64,000 nucleotides of DNA from Vairimorpha necatrix (taxonomy: Eukaryota). A program made the position numbers and the translations under genes. This document shows positions 26,101 to 39,335 of the stretch, piece by piece. Every line of letters starts with the position of its first letter. Positions within the stretch are counted from its first letter, which is position 1. The DNA lies in contig CP142727.1 in the NCBI GenBank assembly GCA_036630325.1, positions 868,001 through 932,000 of the forward strand. Direction: 5' to 3'. The notes below the pieces were generated by a model. It was not told the DNA's origin and searched no databases. It was given only the letters and a program-made list of their open reading frames with translations.

Positions 26101-26730
26101 TACATGAGGCGGCACAATGAGGCACTGCGATGCATCCACCTGCAGTTGTGTAGGACGTATGGTCTATCCCATGCCAAAAGAATTAGAAATCATTCAGTCC
26201 AGGAATGTATAGCTAATGAGTATGTTGAGATACGAGCCGACAGTAGGATACATTCAAGTATTGAAATAAAGTATAACGAGCCTGATATACTAATTGTAGA
26301 CAAGTTGAGGAAAGAAGTGATCGTTGTAGAAGTTGGAATCACAAGTTTTAACAACCTCCATGCAAAAGAAACAGAAAAGAAGCATAAATACGACTTGCTC
26401 GCAAATCATGTGGCTTCTCTTTACAAATACAAGCCGAAAATTATTCCTTATGTGATGACGTGGGATGGGATAGTAACTAATTTTCACCGTACGCATATTA
26501 AAGTGCTCAGATTAGAACCCAGAACGATAGCATATATATAGTCAAGAGTCCTTAAAATGACTATAGAAAGCCTAACTATGTCAGCCAGACATGGGCTTGA
26601 TACAGATCAGGAAGGGGTCTTCGAGAGCCCAATGAGTGAATCTCAGAAGGAAGTCCTAGATCTGCCAGATGAGATGTAAGCGTATCTTGTGAAAAGTAAT
26701 TAATAAGCCGAATATATACCCAAATAAATT
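23140..26730 (+). mobile_element. Non-LTR retrotransposon with RT, CCHC and restriction-like endonuclease (R4/Dong/NeSL type), disrupted
   Basis: WKAAGPD, FRPITC, GILQGDSLSPLLF, LFIDDLK, YKYLG, CPHC..TVDHMATQC, RHN, PDILIVD..EVGIT..K..KYD. Ends approximate. Confidence 0.9.
23250..26679 (+). pseudogene. Single RT-REL ORF broken by frameshifts and a nonsense codon
   Basis: Pieces 23250-23903, 23881-24735, 24986-25675, 25660-26541. The TAG at 26539-26541 corresponds to Q in the 11.4-kb copy, and the frame continues to TAA at 26679. Confidence 0.88.
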
Positions 26731-27012
26731 TTATATATTGGTAATCTTGGTTGCAGTAATGTTATGTCTTCACTGAATAATCTTTTTTCAAAGAAGCCCC
26801 AATTTTTTCAAGGCTATCATTATAAAACGAAAAATAATATTGAAAAAAGGTTTTGTTTAAGCATAGATTATATTATTTTAAGTTGCATATACAAAACAAA
26901 GAATAGTCTGTTTGTTTTATTATATTCAATTTGCCTTGTCTACTATACCATAAAATATCTCTAACAGTTGTTAATAAGAAAATGGACCAATGAAGTAGAA
27001 TGATGTGAAATA

Positions 27013-27440
27013 TGAAGTTATAAATACTACAAATCATTAATTTTTATTTTATCAATTTTTCCTTTTGGAAAATAGACCATTCGAGCAGTCTATTCCAAAA
27101 ATCGAATATTTATTTCTTTTTTGCCCTGACCCCCACACCAGATTATGAAACTAACAAGCGATCAGTGCCCTTGGAAAAATAGACCAAGGAAGGGCCATTA
27201 AGCCAGGGATCAGTATCCCATTATAGATGCCCAACGAGGGTTATCTAATATTAATAAATCATTAACTATATTGAATTATACTTATCCAGAGGTAGCTCCT
27301 CTGGGCTACGTCATGAAACACTCAGAATCTGCTTCAACAATCAATTTGATGTCCCTGGCATAAATATCTATAAAGATGATTATTAAACATTTCACGCCTC
27401 CTGCTTATTGCACGATTACTTTATGATAACTCGTGAAACA
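27013..27440 (+). repeat. Dispersed ~400-450 bp repeat, copy 2 (probable solo LTR)
   Basis: Shares conserved blocks and hairpins with 53450-53770 and 15260-15714. TG...CA ends with an imperfect AAATA/AATTA flank. Confidence 0.6.
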
Positions 27441-30400
27441 AATTAAATATCTTTAATTTTTTTAACTTAACCATCTAAAATATGCCTAACTTTTATTAAG
27501 CTTCATTGCGCCAGACAAATTTGGATTTTATTAAAAGCATATTATGCTTTGTTACAAGTTTGGACCAAAATAAATGTTTTAGAACTGAAAAGTAGAGTTG
27601 TTATAAAGTAGCGTTTCTAGAAATGAAAAATACATCTCCAATATTTGATTCGAAGTAAATGAAAACAGTAAACAATTGTATACGAAATCGTAGCTGTAGG
27701 AAAACTTGTTTATATACGCCTTCATTTAGCTTTTCCTTCAAGATATTTATAGTATGGGGCATATTAAAGATTAGTACATAAATTCTATGATATTTATGTA
27801 TTAGTGCTTTAAAATTTTATGAGAGTAAAAGTTACTATCTTAAATCTTAGTGTCTAAGAAACTAATCTAAAAGTAGCATGAAGTAACAACTAAACATACA
27901 TACAATGTATATTCTAAAAATCCTTTGCTAATACAAATTATTAAAATATATGCAAATGTCATATTTTGCTAAAATTTATATCTATTATATTGATTTCAAA
28001 CAATTGAAGCTACTTTTTGTTATAGGCTTTGTTAATTCTGTATTGTTTGCATATTCTTTATTATTGTTTGAACCATTAACATGATATTTTATGCATATGA
28101 CGCCAATAAACAGCCGTGCGTACTTAAGTTATAATAGAGAAGAAACGCAATAAAACTATAAAGAAGGTAAATTTAACACAAAATATTTAATAAAAGCAAT
28201 TTTACATGATAAGACATATTTGGAACAAATTAACATTTATCGATAGAGATACTTGTGTTAAATGATATAAACAGATTACTTAGACTTTATGTTTTAATTG
28301 AGAAAAGAATATAAATTGCGTAGTAAAATCGTGATAACATCAAAAATTGCTTAAAAATCGAAACAGAAAGTTTAGGAAATATTGCTAGTTGTAAATGAAC
28401 TATTCTTAATGTATAAGTATGAAATAATCGTTAGCCCTATCTAATGATAAGAGGTTGATATCAAATACAAAATAACTCGATCAAAAAATAAACATAGTTA
28501 ACATAATCAGGGTCATTTTTAATACGTAATCTTAAATAGGATGCTGGAAAAAAATAGTCAAACTAGAATAGACTTTTATGTTAAGAAAGTTTAACTGTAG
28601 AATACTATAAAATATAAGTCAAAAAATTTTAAAAATAATAATATTTCGTCAAAAAAGATACTTAACAATTAGATAGTTTATGATTTACTTGATAAGTCGA
28701 ATGACCTTGAGGTAAAAAAAATTCAATCTTCCATATATACTTCTAATGTATTCGATACATCAAGTGAAAGGGTTATAAATAATGTTGTACAGAATAAATA
28801 ATGTTCAACATATAGTTAAGGTAGGCACATTTATAATAGTTAGCCCCCCTAGTTTAGACAATCCTATCATAAACATAAAATAAATGCGCACATGACCTTA
28901 TTACGTGCTGTTTTGCAATTAGATTATATAGTTTTTGGTTAATATAAGTATCTAAATCTCCCTTTTTGTAAAAAGCACTCATCGGTTACTATGATAAGGC
29001 TATTTGATGTCATATAAAAATTATAGATTAGATCCATGCGTCAATTCATCTATATTTCTTTTACATATTTATAGAATTATAATGGTTTGTTTGCTATTTG
29101 TATAAAAACTTGAGCACATGTTATGATACATTAAAAATGAATGATTTGATTGGCTACTTAAATATTCAAACACTTGCATATAATGTAAAAGAAGACTCGA
29201 ATCATATATTGACAGTTACAAAACAATTTAAAGAACTTGTAAATTCGTAAATAAATTAATTTGATAAGATAGATTATGATATTATAATTACTGTTTTCGA
29301 GCATAGATTCTATAACTAAAGTATTATTAATGCCCGGCGATTATAGTTTGGTAAAATATAGATCAAACTTCAAATTTAACGAATTTCAATGTACAATAAT
29401 TATCATATTGTACATTAGCATAAACCTATGATGACACCTAATAATAGGAAGCAAAAAATTAGAAATAATGAGAATAGGAAAAAATCTTTTAAACTAGAAT
29501 TTAATTACCATATAATTTACATTCATAAATCGAACACTTTTTTAATAAAAAATAACCATCTATTTTTAATTCACTATTATGTCTCATACTACATATTGTC
29601 ATTAAAAATTATTTAAAAATATAACTATCACTATATCTTAGTAGAGCGAGTGTTTTGTCCAAATTTACGACGCTCAAGCTCATATAATAGCCTCTTGTTT
29701 TTATTTACATTTAATTAACATGTCTAAATTCGCATTTGGCTACTACATATTGAAGGAGCTGCATTTTTATAGACTTAAAAGGAATGTTTGCTTTTATTGT
29801 AATTTGATTAAATTCATACATCTAGCTGATGATTTTTTAAGAAAAAATGTTAGGTAAATTGTTTTAAATTCTTTACTATGTTGTATTCCTCTTCTTGGAA
29901 AACCTGCTATGATTTTGTTTACAATCGTCAATCATCTTGGCATTGACTGCGTAAAATTAAAAGTTTTACACGGTGGCTCGGCCCATTGAATCAAAAAATG
30001 ATATAAAATGAAATACTCTATTCTATGCCGAAAAAATTAGCATATATCATATTTTTACATTTATTATTATGTTTCCAAAAAAATCGAAAAATAAACTACT
30101 TTTGACTTTTTTAAATTTTGGTTCGCGGGGAGAACAGAGCTCGTTTTTTTCAAAACATTTTTAACCTCTTATAGGGCGCACTATATCGCGATAGATTTAT
30201 AATTCCTCAAAGAGACCCCAAACCAAAATGATATATAAATATTATTGTTAATTTATTATAGCTTAGTTTGACATTATAAAAGAAAAGACAAATACCACCC
30301 ATATAGTTGTATTATACAAGATTTAATTTATGGTAATTTTACTATACTTTTAAAAAGACAAAAAAATGGCGTATAGTATAGTACTCTTTATATATTTCCT

Positions 30401-31353
30401 CGAAACAAAATACACATATACGCAATAACAAAAAAAATGGTCAATTTAGACAAAAACTTGTTGTACAAAACTATCAGGAACATGTATAAAAATGCCAAAA
30501 GAGCGGCGGAAATAAGCAAGAGAGAAGATATACTTGAGAAATTGTTTAATTTGTTATATTTTATCAAAAAAAGATTAAATTGTTATATTATAAGTAGAAA
30601 CAACAACATTGTACATACAGCGTAACTTTACGTTGAAGATAAATACTTGAACCAAATTATAAAATATGTAAAACGAATCATAAGTATAAATTGCTAGTAT
30701 TTTTATGTCATGGAATCGTAACATTTTGTTTGCCAAAATGATTCGGGAACTCTGCGGAAGTTGGATGCAAGATAGAGGCATAAAAGACCTAATGTTGTAT
30801 CAAAGTTTAATATATAAAAGAACGAGGTACAGCCCGTTTGAACCCCGTTTTGAAAAAATGAACCCGCTATAAAAATTTGAAAGGAGTCCTTAAAAAATTA
30901 CACAAAAGGTAAGCACAAATTAGTTAAAAATAGGGCGTTTTTGAACATGAAAAATAAAAGTCTATTATAAAAAATTTGGTCAATGCATAACATGAGTGTG
31001 CCTTACTTGTCCTGTTTCGAGTAGAAATGCGGCTATTCTTCATGAGGATACAATATGTATCACCATTTCTATTGTGATCATTATCAATGGTAGCATATGA
31101 TGCCGCATTAAAAAAATCACTGGGATGGAAATTTTAAGTTTAAATCACGTCATCAATTTCGTAAACTTTAACGATCCCGAGTCACAGTACCATACAAATT
31201 GAGAGTTTGGGGGTTATTTCCAAGAAAATATGCGGCCTAGACATGGAATAAACCAGGATAACACAATAAGTACCCTTTATTGTTCCTCTGTAAACATATT
31301 TATTCTAAAATTAAGGGTATAAAATATAATTTTTAAATCTCAACATCCCCCTC

Positions 31354-33312
31354 TTAAAAACATTCGTCTATTATCAATTTCAGCTGAGAAGAATGTCGCT
31401 TAATAGTTTTGTTTCCTGTCCTCACCAGATATGTGTTGTTTTCTAAAACTTTATAAATTAAACCTCTAACCTTAAATTTGGGTTCTCCCTTTTTGACACC
31501 TGTTTCCGTTTTTATAATAACGCTATCCCCCTCTGAAAATTGTGGTTCGGTTTCTCGATTTTTATTTCTTTCATTGAATTTTAGTATCTCCTCATATTGT
31601 TTTTCTTTCACCTTTTGGAAATTGGTCGGGTTTAAAGCATCATTCGGAGACATACCTAACTTACTATGATATATATTGTTATATACATCTAAAACCTTTA
31701 AAAGTTTAATTTTAAGATTTTCTTTTCCCTCTTGTTTGTATATTCCTTCTTGTATTGTCCTATTAAATCTTTCCACTCTTCCATTGGACTGGTGGTGAAA
31801 TGGTGAGGTATAATGTAATTCGACATTATTACTTGCTGCCCAACATCTTACTTTTTTACTTAGGTTTTCTTTCGATTGATCTAAAATTAGTTTATGTATC
31901 TTAATTTTTTGATTTATCATATCTAAAAATCTTACAATTTTCTTACTCTCCCTGGAACTTAGTACCTTTCCAAATCCGAATCGACTAAAGTAATCAATCC
32001 CAGACACGATATATTGGTTGTTGATTGGACCAATAATATCTATTGCTACTTTCTCACCAATTGCATGTGACTTTACAAATAAAATTTTTTCCCCTCTTTT
32101 AGGATTATACATTTTACACCGAATACACCTCTTTAACTCGTTTTTAGTCAATTTTTCCATATCTTTCCAATCGTATTTCTTTTTAAGTTCATTTTGAACT
32201 GCTTTATAACCTCTATGGACAAGTTCTAGGTGTTTATCACGGATAATTTTTCTTTTGTCTTCCTCAGTCATTTCTAATTCTAGATTTTTAATCTCTAATA
32301 TTTCTTGTCTTGGTGATCTGGATAAGCAATCCACATGTGGAATGTTTGTTCTTTTTCTATATACAACACAATAATTATATTCACTAAGTTTGTCTAACCA
32401 TCGTTGGATCCGCAAAGATTTTATCTCTCCCCTATTAAGTGCTTCTAGGGCCTTATGATCAGTGACTGCAGTAAATTCATTTCCATAGAGGAAATATCTG
32501 AAATGTTCCATCCCCCATAACATCGCTAAACATTCCTTTTCGCTGATTCCATAGTTTATCTCAGCAGGTAACAATCTTCTTGAAGCATAAGCAATTGGTA
32601 CTGGACCACTTCCATGATCCTGTAAGGGGATAGCTCCTATTCCTGACTGGCATGCATCTGTTTCCAAAATATAAGGTTTTTTGTAATCGGGTTGGGATAG
32701 AACCACGCGTGATCTCAATATACTTTTTAATTTCTTAAAAGCTTTTTCTTCTTCATCTTCCCACTTAAATACAACATCCTTTTTAAGTAAATCATACAAT
32801 GGCCCGGCAATGATTAAACATTGTGGAATAAATTTACGATAGTAATTAATCAATCCTAAAAATTCCTCACAAGATTTTCTATTATTTGTTCTTTCTATAT
32901 TTTCAATTCCTTGTTCAGCCGAAAATTTCGGCTTTATCTTGTTATATTCAATAACATGGCTTAAAAATTCTATGTTCTCTTTTTTATGTATAGTCTTTAA
33001 CTCGTTAATTCGTAGCTCATATTTTTGTAGCTTGTTAATAACCTTTGTATAGCTTGTATCATGTTCTTCTTCATTTCTACCAAAAATAAGGATGTCATCA
33101 ACATAGACAAAGCAATTTTTCCCTATTTCTTCTTCAAGGACGTTGTCCATAAACCTTTGAAAAACGGCTGGTGCATTTTTAAACTTCATGGGCATTACGT
33201 TCCATTCGTATAATAAATGATTAAATCTGAAAGCAGTTTTGTGTTTGTCTTTTTCAGCCAATTTAATTTGAAAAAAACCATCTTTTAAATCAATTTTTGA
33301 AAAATATTTCAT
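31354..33312 (-). CDS. pol: pol (RT, RNase H, integrase) of the short-LTR gypsy; upstream part frameshifted
   Basis: KIDLKDGF, YVDD, LETDAC, EKECLA, TDHKAL, DIIGP, IDYFSR, VERFNRT. Confidence 0.9.
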   Translation of the reverse strand: MKYFSKIDLKDGFFQIKLAEKDKHKTAFRFNHLLYEWNVMPMKFKNAPAVFQRFMDNVLEEEIGKNCFVYVDDILIFGRNEEEHDTSYTKVINKLQKYELRINELKTIHKKENIEFLSHVIEYNKIKPKFSAEQGIENIERTNNRKSCEEFLGLINYYRKFIPQCLIIAGPLYDLLKKDVVFKWEDEEEKAFKKLKSILRSRVVLSQPDYKKPYILETDACQSGIGAIPLQDHGSGPVPIAYASRRLLPAEINYGISEKECLAMLWGMEHFRYFLYGNEFTAVTDHKALEALNRGEIKSLRIQRWLDKLSEYNYCVVYRKRTNIPHVDCLSRSPRQEILEIKNLELEMTEEDKRKIIRDKHLELVHRGYKAVQNELKKKYDWKDMEKLTKNELKRCIRCKMYNPKRGEKILFVKSHAIGEKVAIDIIGPINNQYIVSGIDYFSRFGFGKVLSSRESKKIVRFLDMINQKIKIHKLILDQSKENLSKKVRCWAASNNVELHYTSPFHHQSNGRVERFNRTIQEGIYKQEGKENLKIKLLKVLDVYNNIYHSKLGMSPNDALNPTNFQKVKEKQYEEILKFNERNKNRETEPQFSEGDSVIIKTETGVKKGEPKFKVRGLIYKVLENNTYLVRTGNKTIKRHSSQLKLIIDECF

Positions 33313-34571
33313 GTCTCTAGGACTGAATATAAGTCTTTCAATATTGGGGAGGGATAATTATCTAGATCTACCAATCTGTTGAGCGCTATCAAATTCGTAG
33401 TAACTCTTATGAATCCATCCGGTTTGATCACTGGCCTAAGGTTATTTAGCCATGTTGAATTTGATTTCTTATATACCCGTTTTTTAATAACTCATTTATT
33501 GAGTTTTGTATTCCTTCCTCTAATTTCTTTGGTAAACTATAAAAGTGTTCTATTACCTTCTCTCCTGGTTTTGTATTGATCTCACAAATTCTATTGCTGG
33601 TTGTCGAAAAACTTTACAAATATCATTTTTTCCTATTAACATTTTAAAATTTTTAACTTTAGGTAAAACATACATTCTGCTTTTAAATATTCTATTACCA
33701 TATTTGTATTCCACAATAACATGGTTTTCAACTAGAAATTCTTCTTCAAGACATGTGAAAAATTTTAAAACATTCATATTCTTATTGAGTTTCAATTTTA
33801 AATCATAGACAGCTTGAAGAGAGATAAAGTTGTAGGCCGCACCCGAATCAAAAACCACGGGGACTTTTTTAGTCCCAACATAAATAAAATTATTTTTATT
33901 CGTAATAAAGCTTTGATCTACTTCCTGACTATCCTTTTCAATCTCATTAATATTCCTTCGATCATCATTAGCCTGTTTATTATTTCGATTCACCCTACAA
34001 TCCTTAGCTAAATGTCCTGGCTTTCTGCATCTAAAGCATGTATTTGGTTGTTCTGTTTAGTAAGTCTTAAACCAGCCAACTTGATATTCAATAATGCTTC
34101 GTTCTCCATCTCATTTAATATTTCGTAAAATTCTTTGTTGATCTCATATTGGGTCGTAAGAAAAATTTTAATCATTTTTAACTTTTTATCTACTCCTGAT
34201 CTAATAATTTTTCTTCTGTCAAAATTGGAAATTTCATTTTCATTACATTTAGAAACTACATCTTTGATAAAATCAACATCTTTTGTTCTTCCTTTTGCTT
34301 CATATTGTAAATGTCAAAAAGCAATGTTTTATTCTCAAATTCTTGTTCCACTTCTTTTTTCCAGATTTCAAACGTTAAAGCAGCTTTCCTTTTTATCTTT
34401 AAAAGTCCTACAATGCCAATCTAAAATATGAGAGTTAAGTCTGCTTATAAAAAAATCTAACTTCTCCTCATTGGTCATTTTTGCCCAACTACTCAGAGCC
34501 TCTGCTCTTCTAATTTCTACTATTATATTGTCTTTGTTTATTTCGTTTTTTATATTCTCCACCATAAACAT
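33313..34571 (-). pseudogene. Fragmented gag/protease/RT N-terminus
   Basis: MFMVENIK starts in the LTR. CFRCRKPGHLAKDC knuckle near 34000-34040. VFDSGAA protease motif in 33553-33993. Confidence 0.85.
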
Positions 34572-35963
34572 ATTTATTCTAAAATTAAGGGTATAAAATA
34601 TAATTTTTTAAATCTCAACACTCTGAATTATCAAATACCATTTAATCGACTTTTAAATCATCATCTTTTATCATCTTAAATAAAATTCCAAGTCTTTATT
34701 TAATTTTTTTTATTTTTCCCTTTTTAAATTTTCAAAGCGGGTTCATTTTTCAAAAGGCTTCAAAACGGTCATGTACCAAGAACGAAGGTTTGTGTCTATT
34801 TATATATGTTTGAACTAAATAGAAATACTATACAAAAAAAAGTATAATTTCTTATATTGATGTCAAGAAACTAGAATAAATAGGAACATCCCGCTTGTGT
34901 AATTCATCATTATATGAAAGCGCATACTAATTCTGTTTTTTTGTGTTAATCTATGTTAAATATTAGTTTTTGTTTTAGTCTTTATAATGTAACAATATAT
35001 ATAATCATTTATTTTTTTATAGAAGATGTTGATATTTAAATATATAGTGTATTTAGTAAGTATTTTATCAATTCCAAATAATCATATTGGTTTTGAGTTT
35101 TTCACAAAATATCGTTCAGTTTACATAAAATATAATTGTCTATCCCTTTTAAAATTTTTTAGTAATAAGTTTTTATGGCTTCTATTTTATCATATACTAG
35201 TTCAATAAATCATAATTTAGCTACAACCTCTAAAATTTGTAGTATTTGTTTTGTATGTCAATCATCATAGCCCCAAACAAAACTTATGAAAACTTTTTAT
35301 TAATTATATCTATAATATACTTTTTTAAGAAAATTTATAGCCACTGTGTTACGCCTTTGTAAACTTAGATTATTTATTTGCATTAATTAATTACAAAATA
35401 TAAATCTATGGAAAAGCAACGAGTGTCATATCAACGGTCTTTTTATATGTAAGTTCTTCATTGACTTTGATATTGAAGCAATTACAAAATAGTTGTTATT
35501 GTATAAAACAAAACAAGATTCAAACATAATTTATTAGCATTAAATGTATCATCTTAACATTATGTCATTGTCTGTGGATTATATCTTAAAAACTGTTTTG
35601 TGCTTTTAAATATATAAATTAATTTAATAGAAAAGAGCATTATGTTCATAAATTAATGATAATGAAACGTCTTAGCAGTATTAGTCATAAAAAATATACA
35701 CGGAGTTGAATGTTTGCGATTTAAAATAATCCCACTTTATATTGGCTATGAAATGCCAATTTATTAAGTTTTAGATATTTTTATAAGTGTGGTGTGCAGA
35801 GATAAACAATTGACTATCTCACAAATCATAATGTAAACAGAATTCCAACCTTTTCTAATTTATATATTACTATTAGCAATTGTCTTTAGAATACGCTTTT
35901 AGCTAGTTTGAAAAAAACATATTTTTTCCCCACCTGTTGGCAGTTTATATATATATATGTATA

Positions 35964-36141
35964 TATGGAGCATTCACAACTGAGGAAAGTAAGTAGAAAG
36001 TTTTTATTATTAATTTTATCTTCTTTCCATTCCTCCGTACTCCTCTCTGGGTAAAATACTTAAATAAATGTTGGAGGGAAAACTTGGCGAATTTGGAGGG
36101 AAAGATTATAGAAAAATTTTTATGATATTTAGTATATCATT
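35964..36141 (-). repeat. Diverged solo LTR, B family
   Basis: TCTTCTTTCCATT.CTCCGTAC..CTCT..GG.TAAAAT...TAAATGTTGGAGGGAAAACT...TATGATATTT..TATCAT aligns to 1374-1551. Confidence 0.85.
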
Positions 36142-39100
36142 ATAAATTAAGGAATTTTTTTGTTTTATTATTGTCAATTGATCTCACAATTTTCCCGATA
36201 TCTATTTAGCAAAGACATCCTCATTATCTTGGTCATTATGAAAATTAAATACATATTATTTTGTAATTTTTTAAAAAAGTATGCCTCCATAAAGTATTTT
36301 TGCATCATTGTAATAAATCTTACCCCAAATATTTTAATAAGTTATAACGTCGAATAGTTTCAAGTTTTACTCCATCTACTAATTTCATCTTAATCACTAT
36401 TTTATGCAATAATTAAGTCTATTTTATGTAAACTACATAGATGTCATATAAAATACTCTAATCTTTCTGGTTATAATATTGATTACTACAGTACAATAGA
36501 CAATATAAAATCTCTTTAATTCCTTTTACCATAAATTCATTTAAAAATATTTCTTGTTCCAGATTGAGCATTTGAAATGTTATATTTAGCCCTTCAAATG
36601 ATGTTAAAGTCATATGCGTTTTTAACATATTTATATAGCTCCGAATATTTATAATAACCAATTCTTTTGAAGCAAATGCCTATATTATCTCAATTAATGC
36701 TAACAAAAACAAGTGTTATTATTTAAGTAAAGCATTATTCGAAGGAAAAAAAACATTTAAAGGATTATAGAAATATACATGTTGCAGAAAAATAAAACAT
36801 TTATAAAATGTACATTTTTATACTTTGTGTTGCAAGCATATGTCTGCGATAAAAATTCCAACATTTGGATTTTTGTTTATATGTTGTCACAAGAAAGCGT
36901 ATATGAAAATAAAATACTGTAAATCGTTGAACCCCTCAAAAAAAAGTAATGTGAATATAGTTTAAATGATTAGTATCAGAATCGAACATCTTTGTAATTG
37001 CGGAAAATGTTAATAAAACTTATACTTTTCTCTTCATTTTTTATAAAAAATGAAAATTAAATGTTGTTTTTTACATCCTATTTCGACATATAGACCTTGG
37101 AGCAAAACAATCAGTAAATAAATTTGTTTTATAAATCAGCTAAGGAACATTGGCTAACTTTGCACACAATATAGATTTAAACTATTTTATTCTTTTTGTT
37201 CGATTATTAATGCTATTTAATACAAGCCTAGTGATGTAGTAAGTAACTTTTTAACGTAAGATTAAACGATGTTTGTAAATTTATAACATCATTTGTTTAT
37301 TCGAGAGACTTTCTGTCTGTTTTTCCGTTCTAAAACACTTATTCAACAATAAATAATTTTTATTCCAAATAAAAGTTTATACGCAGAAATCCACTGACAT
37401 TATTAAATATGTTATGATACAAAAGTTCCATTTGTCTCCATTTAAACCCCTAAATAAGCATCTTTACGCCATGAAATTTCCATTTTCATTTATTTTTGTA
37501 AATGTTACAATTAATTACTACTATTTTATTTAGTACAATTATTATTTATTACATTGTTAAAACACATGTATACTAACGTTCATATGTTTCGCCAATGTTT
37601 ATTTATATTATTGTCAGAAATGTAATTTTTTCAGATTTCACATTATAATCAATTTCATGGATATGTATTGAAATTTCGTGTTTATTTACATAAGAGAAAA
37701 TTTTGTTGTAAACGCCCCTAATTTTTCTTGATTTCTCAAGTAATTCAAATCTGATGGTATCGTAACATCTAAAATGAAAAATCCCTAGCAAAAAGATATT
37801 AATGGTCAATACAATTTTAAATACAATATTATTACGAAAACCACCAACAATATTGGTAAAAAAATTGAAAAATATTAATATTAGTATTAAACATCTATAT
37901 AAGATACTTAAGACTCTACAAATAAATGCCCAAAATACTAGTTTTCTATCAAAATGTTGATAAATAATTATAAAAATTGGAATTTAACACGCGAAAACAA
38001 TCAATGAAATAGCCACAGAAATATAAATTGGTAGAAATGTATAACTTAATAGAACATATGCACTAATTATGTTTATAATTGTAACCGAAACAAATATAAT
38101 CTTTGATATAGAAAAGGAAGGAATGTACATATTTTTTATAGTATTGTATTTTTAATTCTATCCTTTTAATTAAATGATGATAAAAAACAAATGAACATCA
38201 AAAAAATATATAAAACGATCAAACAACTATTAAGATCAAAAATTATTTTGCTAGAAAATTTGGACTGATGGTTTTTAATGATAGAAGAAATTTTTTTGTA
38301 AAATATTTTATATTTTCTTTGTACTTTTCATAGTATGATATTCGTTCATATTTGTAAGATTGAAATAGTCATACCTTTTATATGAAAATATAACTACTTA
38401 AATATAAAAGTACTTCCGTGAGTATTTTCTGTTTTCCATAGTAACCTTATTGGTATTCAATGTATGTTCTTAAAAGATAACATTATTACTGGACAAATCG
38501 TTAGATTTACAATTTAATTTGTTCTTGTTCTGATTTTTAATTGCTTATTGGTTTACTTCATATTTTATACACTAGAATAGAAATTATATTTTAATACATT
38601 TAAAAATAATTCTTCGGTACATTAAGTATTTTTAATAAATGTTGAACAGAAACATGGTGTTTATCATCAAAAATTAAGGCTTCATTATGTTTCTTTTTTT
38701 TTTCAAATAAAATTGAAAGTAATAAAATATTTTTTATGTAGTTATTTGCACCTATTGTGATGCTCACAAGAACGTAGATGGGAAAATTAACATTACGTTA
38801 TATCATTTCTTATGCTTCTCATATACATCATTACCAGATTATAATTAGAGGCCTCGTCGTCTTATTTAAAACATGAGTCACATAATTGATCATAATAATA
38901 AATATAATAAGCATGTAATAAATACATAATGTAATAAATAACAAAAAAATTATGTAGAAAGCATATTTTTTCTGAAAACATACAACCCTTAAAACTTTAA
39001 ATTTCAAACAACGTTACTAAAGCTTTAAACTAATTTAAGGCTAGTGTACTAACGTGAATAATAAACTATTTAGAAATTGTACGTAGTCGTCAAATTACAA

Positions 39101-39160
39101 CTATAAATATGTCATACACGATCGGGGGAAAAACTAGCGTTACATTATTAATGTACATAT

Positions 39161-39335
39161 TGTGGTATACACCACTAAGGAGAACATTTAAAATATTTTT
39201 TTAGCAATTTTATTCTTTCTTTCCACTACTCCGTACCCCTCTTTGGGTGAGATATTCAAACCAATGTTGGAGAAAATTTGGATAAATGCGGATGGAAAGC
39301 TTTTAAATATATTTTATTATATCTTGTTTATTATA
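39161..39335 (-). repeat. Diverged solo LTR, B family
   Basis: TGTGGTAT..ACCACT.AGG...TACTCCGTACCCCTCT...AATGTTGGAG. Flanks CATAT/TATAT. Confidence 0.8.

Larger units (their letters stand above)
31291..34620 (-). mobile_element. Ty3/gypsy element with 55/56-bp LTRs
   Basis: LTRs 31291-31345 and 34565-34620. TSD CTCTG. PBS-like TGGTGGAGAAT abutting the 5' LTR. PPT AGAGGGGGA. Confidence 0.92.
30826..34777. mobile_element. Degenerate Merlin-like TIR element carrying a nested gypsy
   Basis: Imperfect TIRs GGTACA..CCGTTT.GAA...GAAAAATGAACCCGCT. 8-bp TSD AAGAACGA at 30818-30825 and 34778-34785. Internal sequence homologous to 48573-49546. Confidence 0.8.

Noticed and set aside
27450-30800. Patches that look like decayed coding sequence (also 16100-16900, 36150-36760, 44200-45400, 46000-47900, 63000-63350)
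   Set aside because: No diagnostic motif or termini recognisable by eye; needs tBLASTx or HMM searches.
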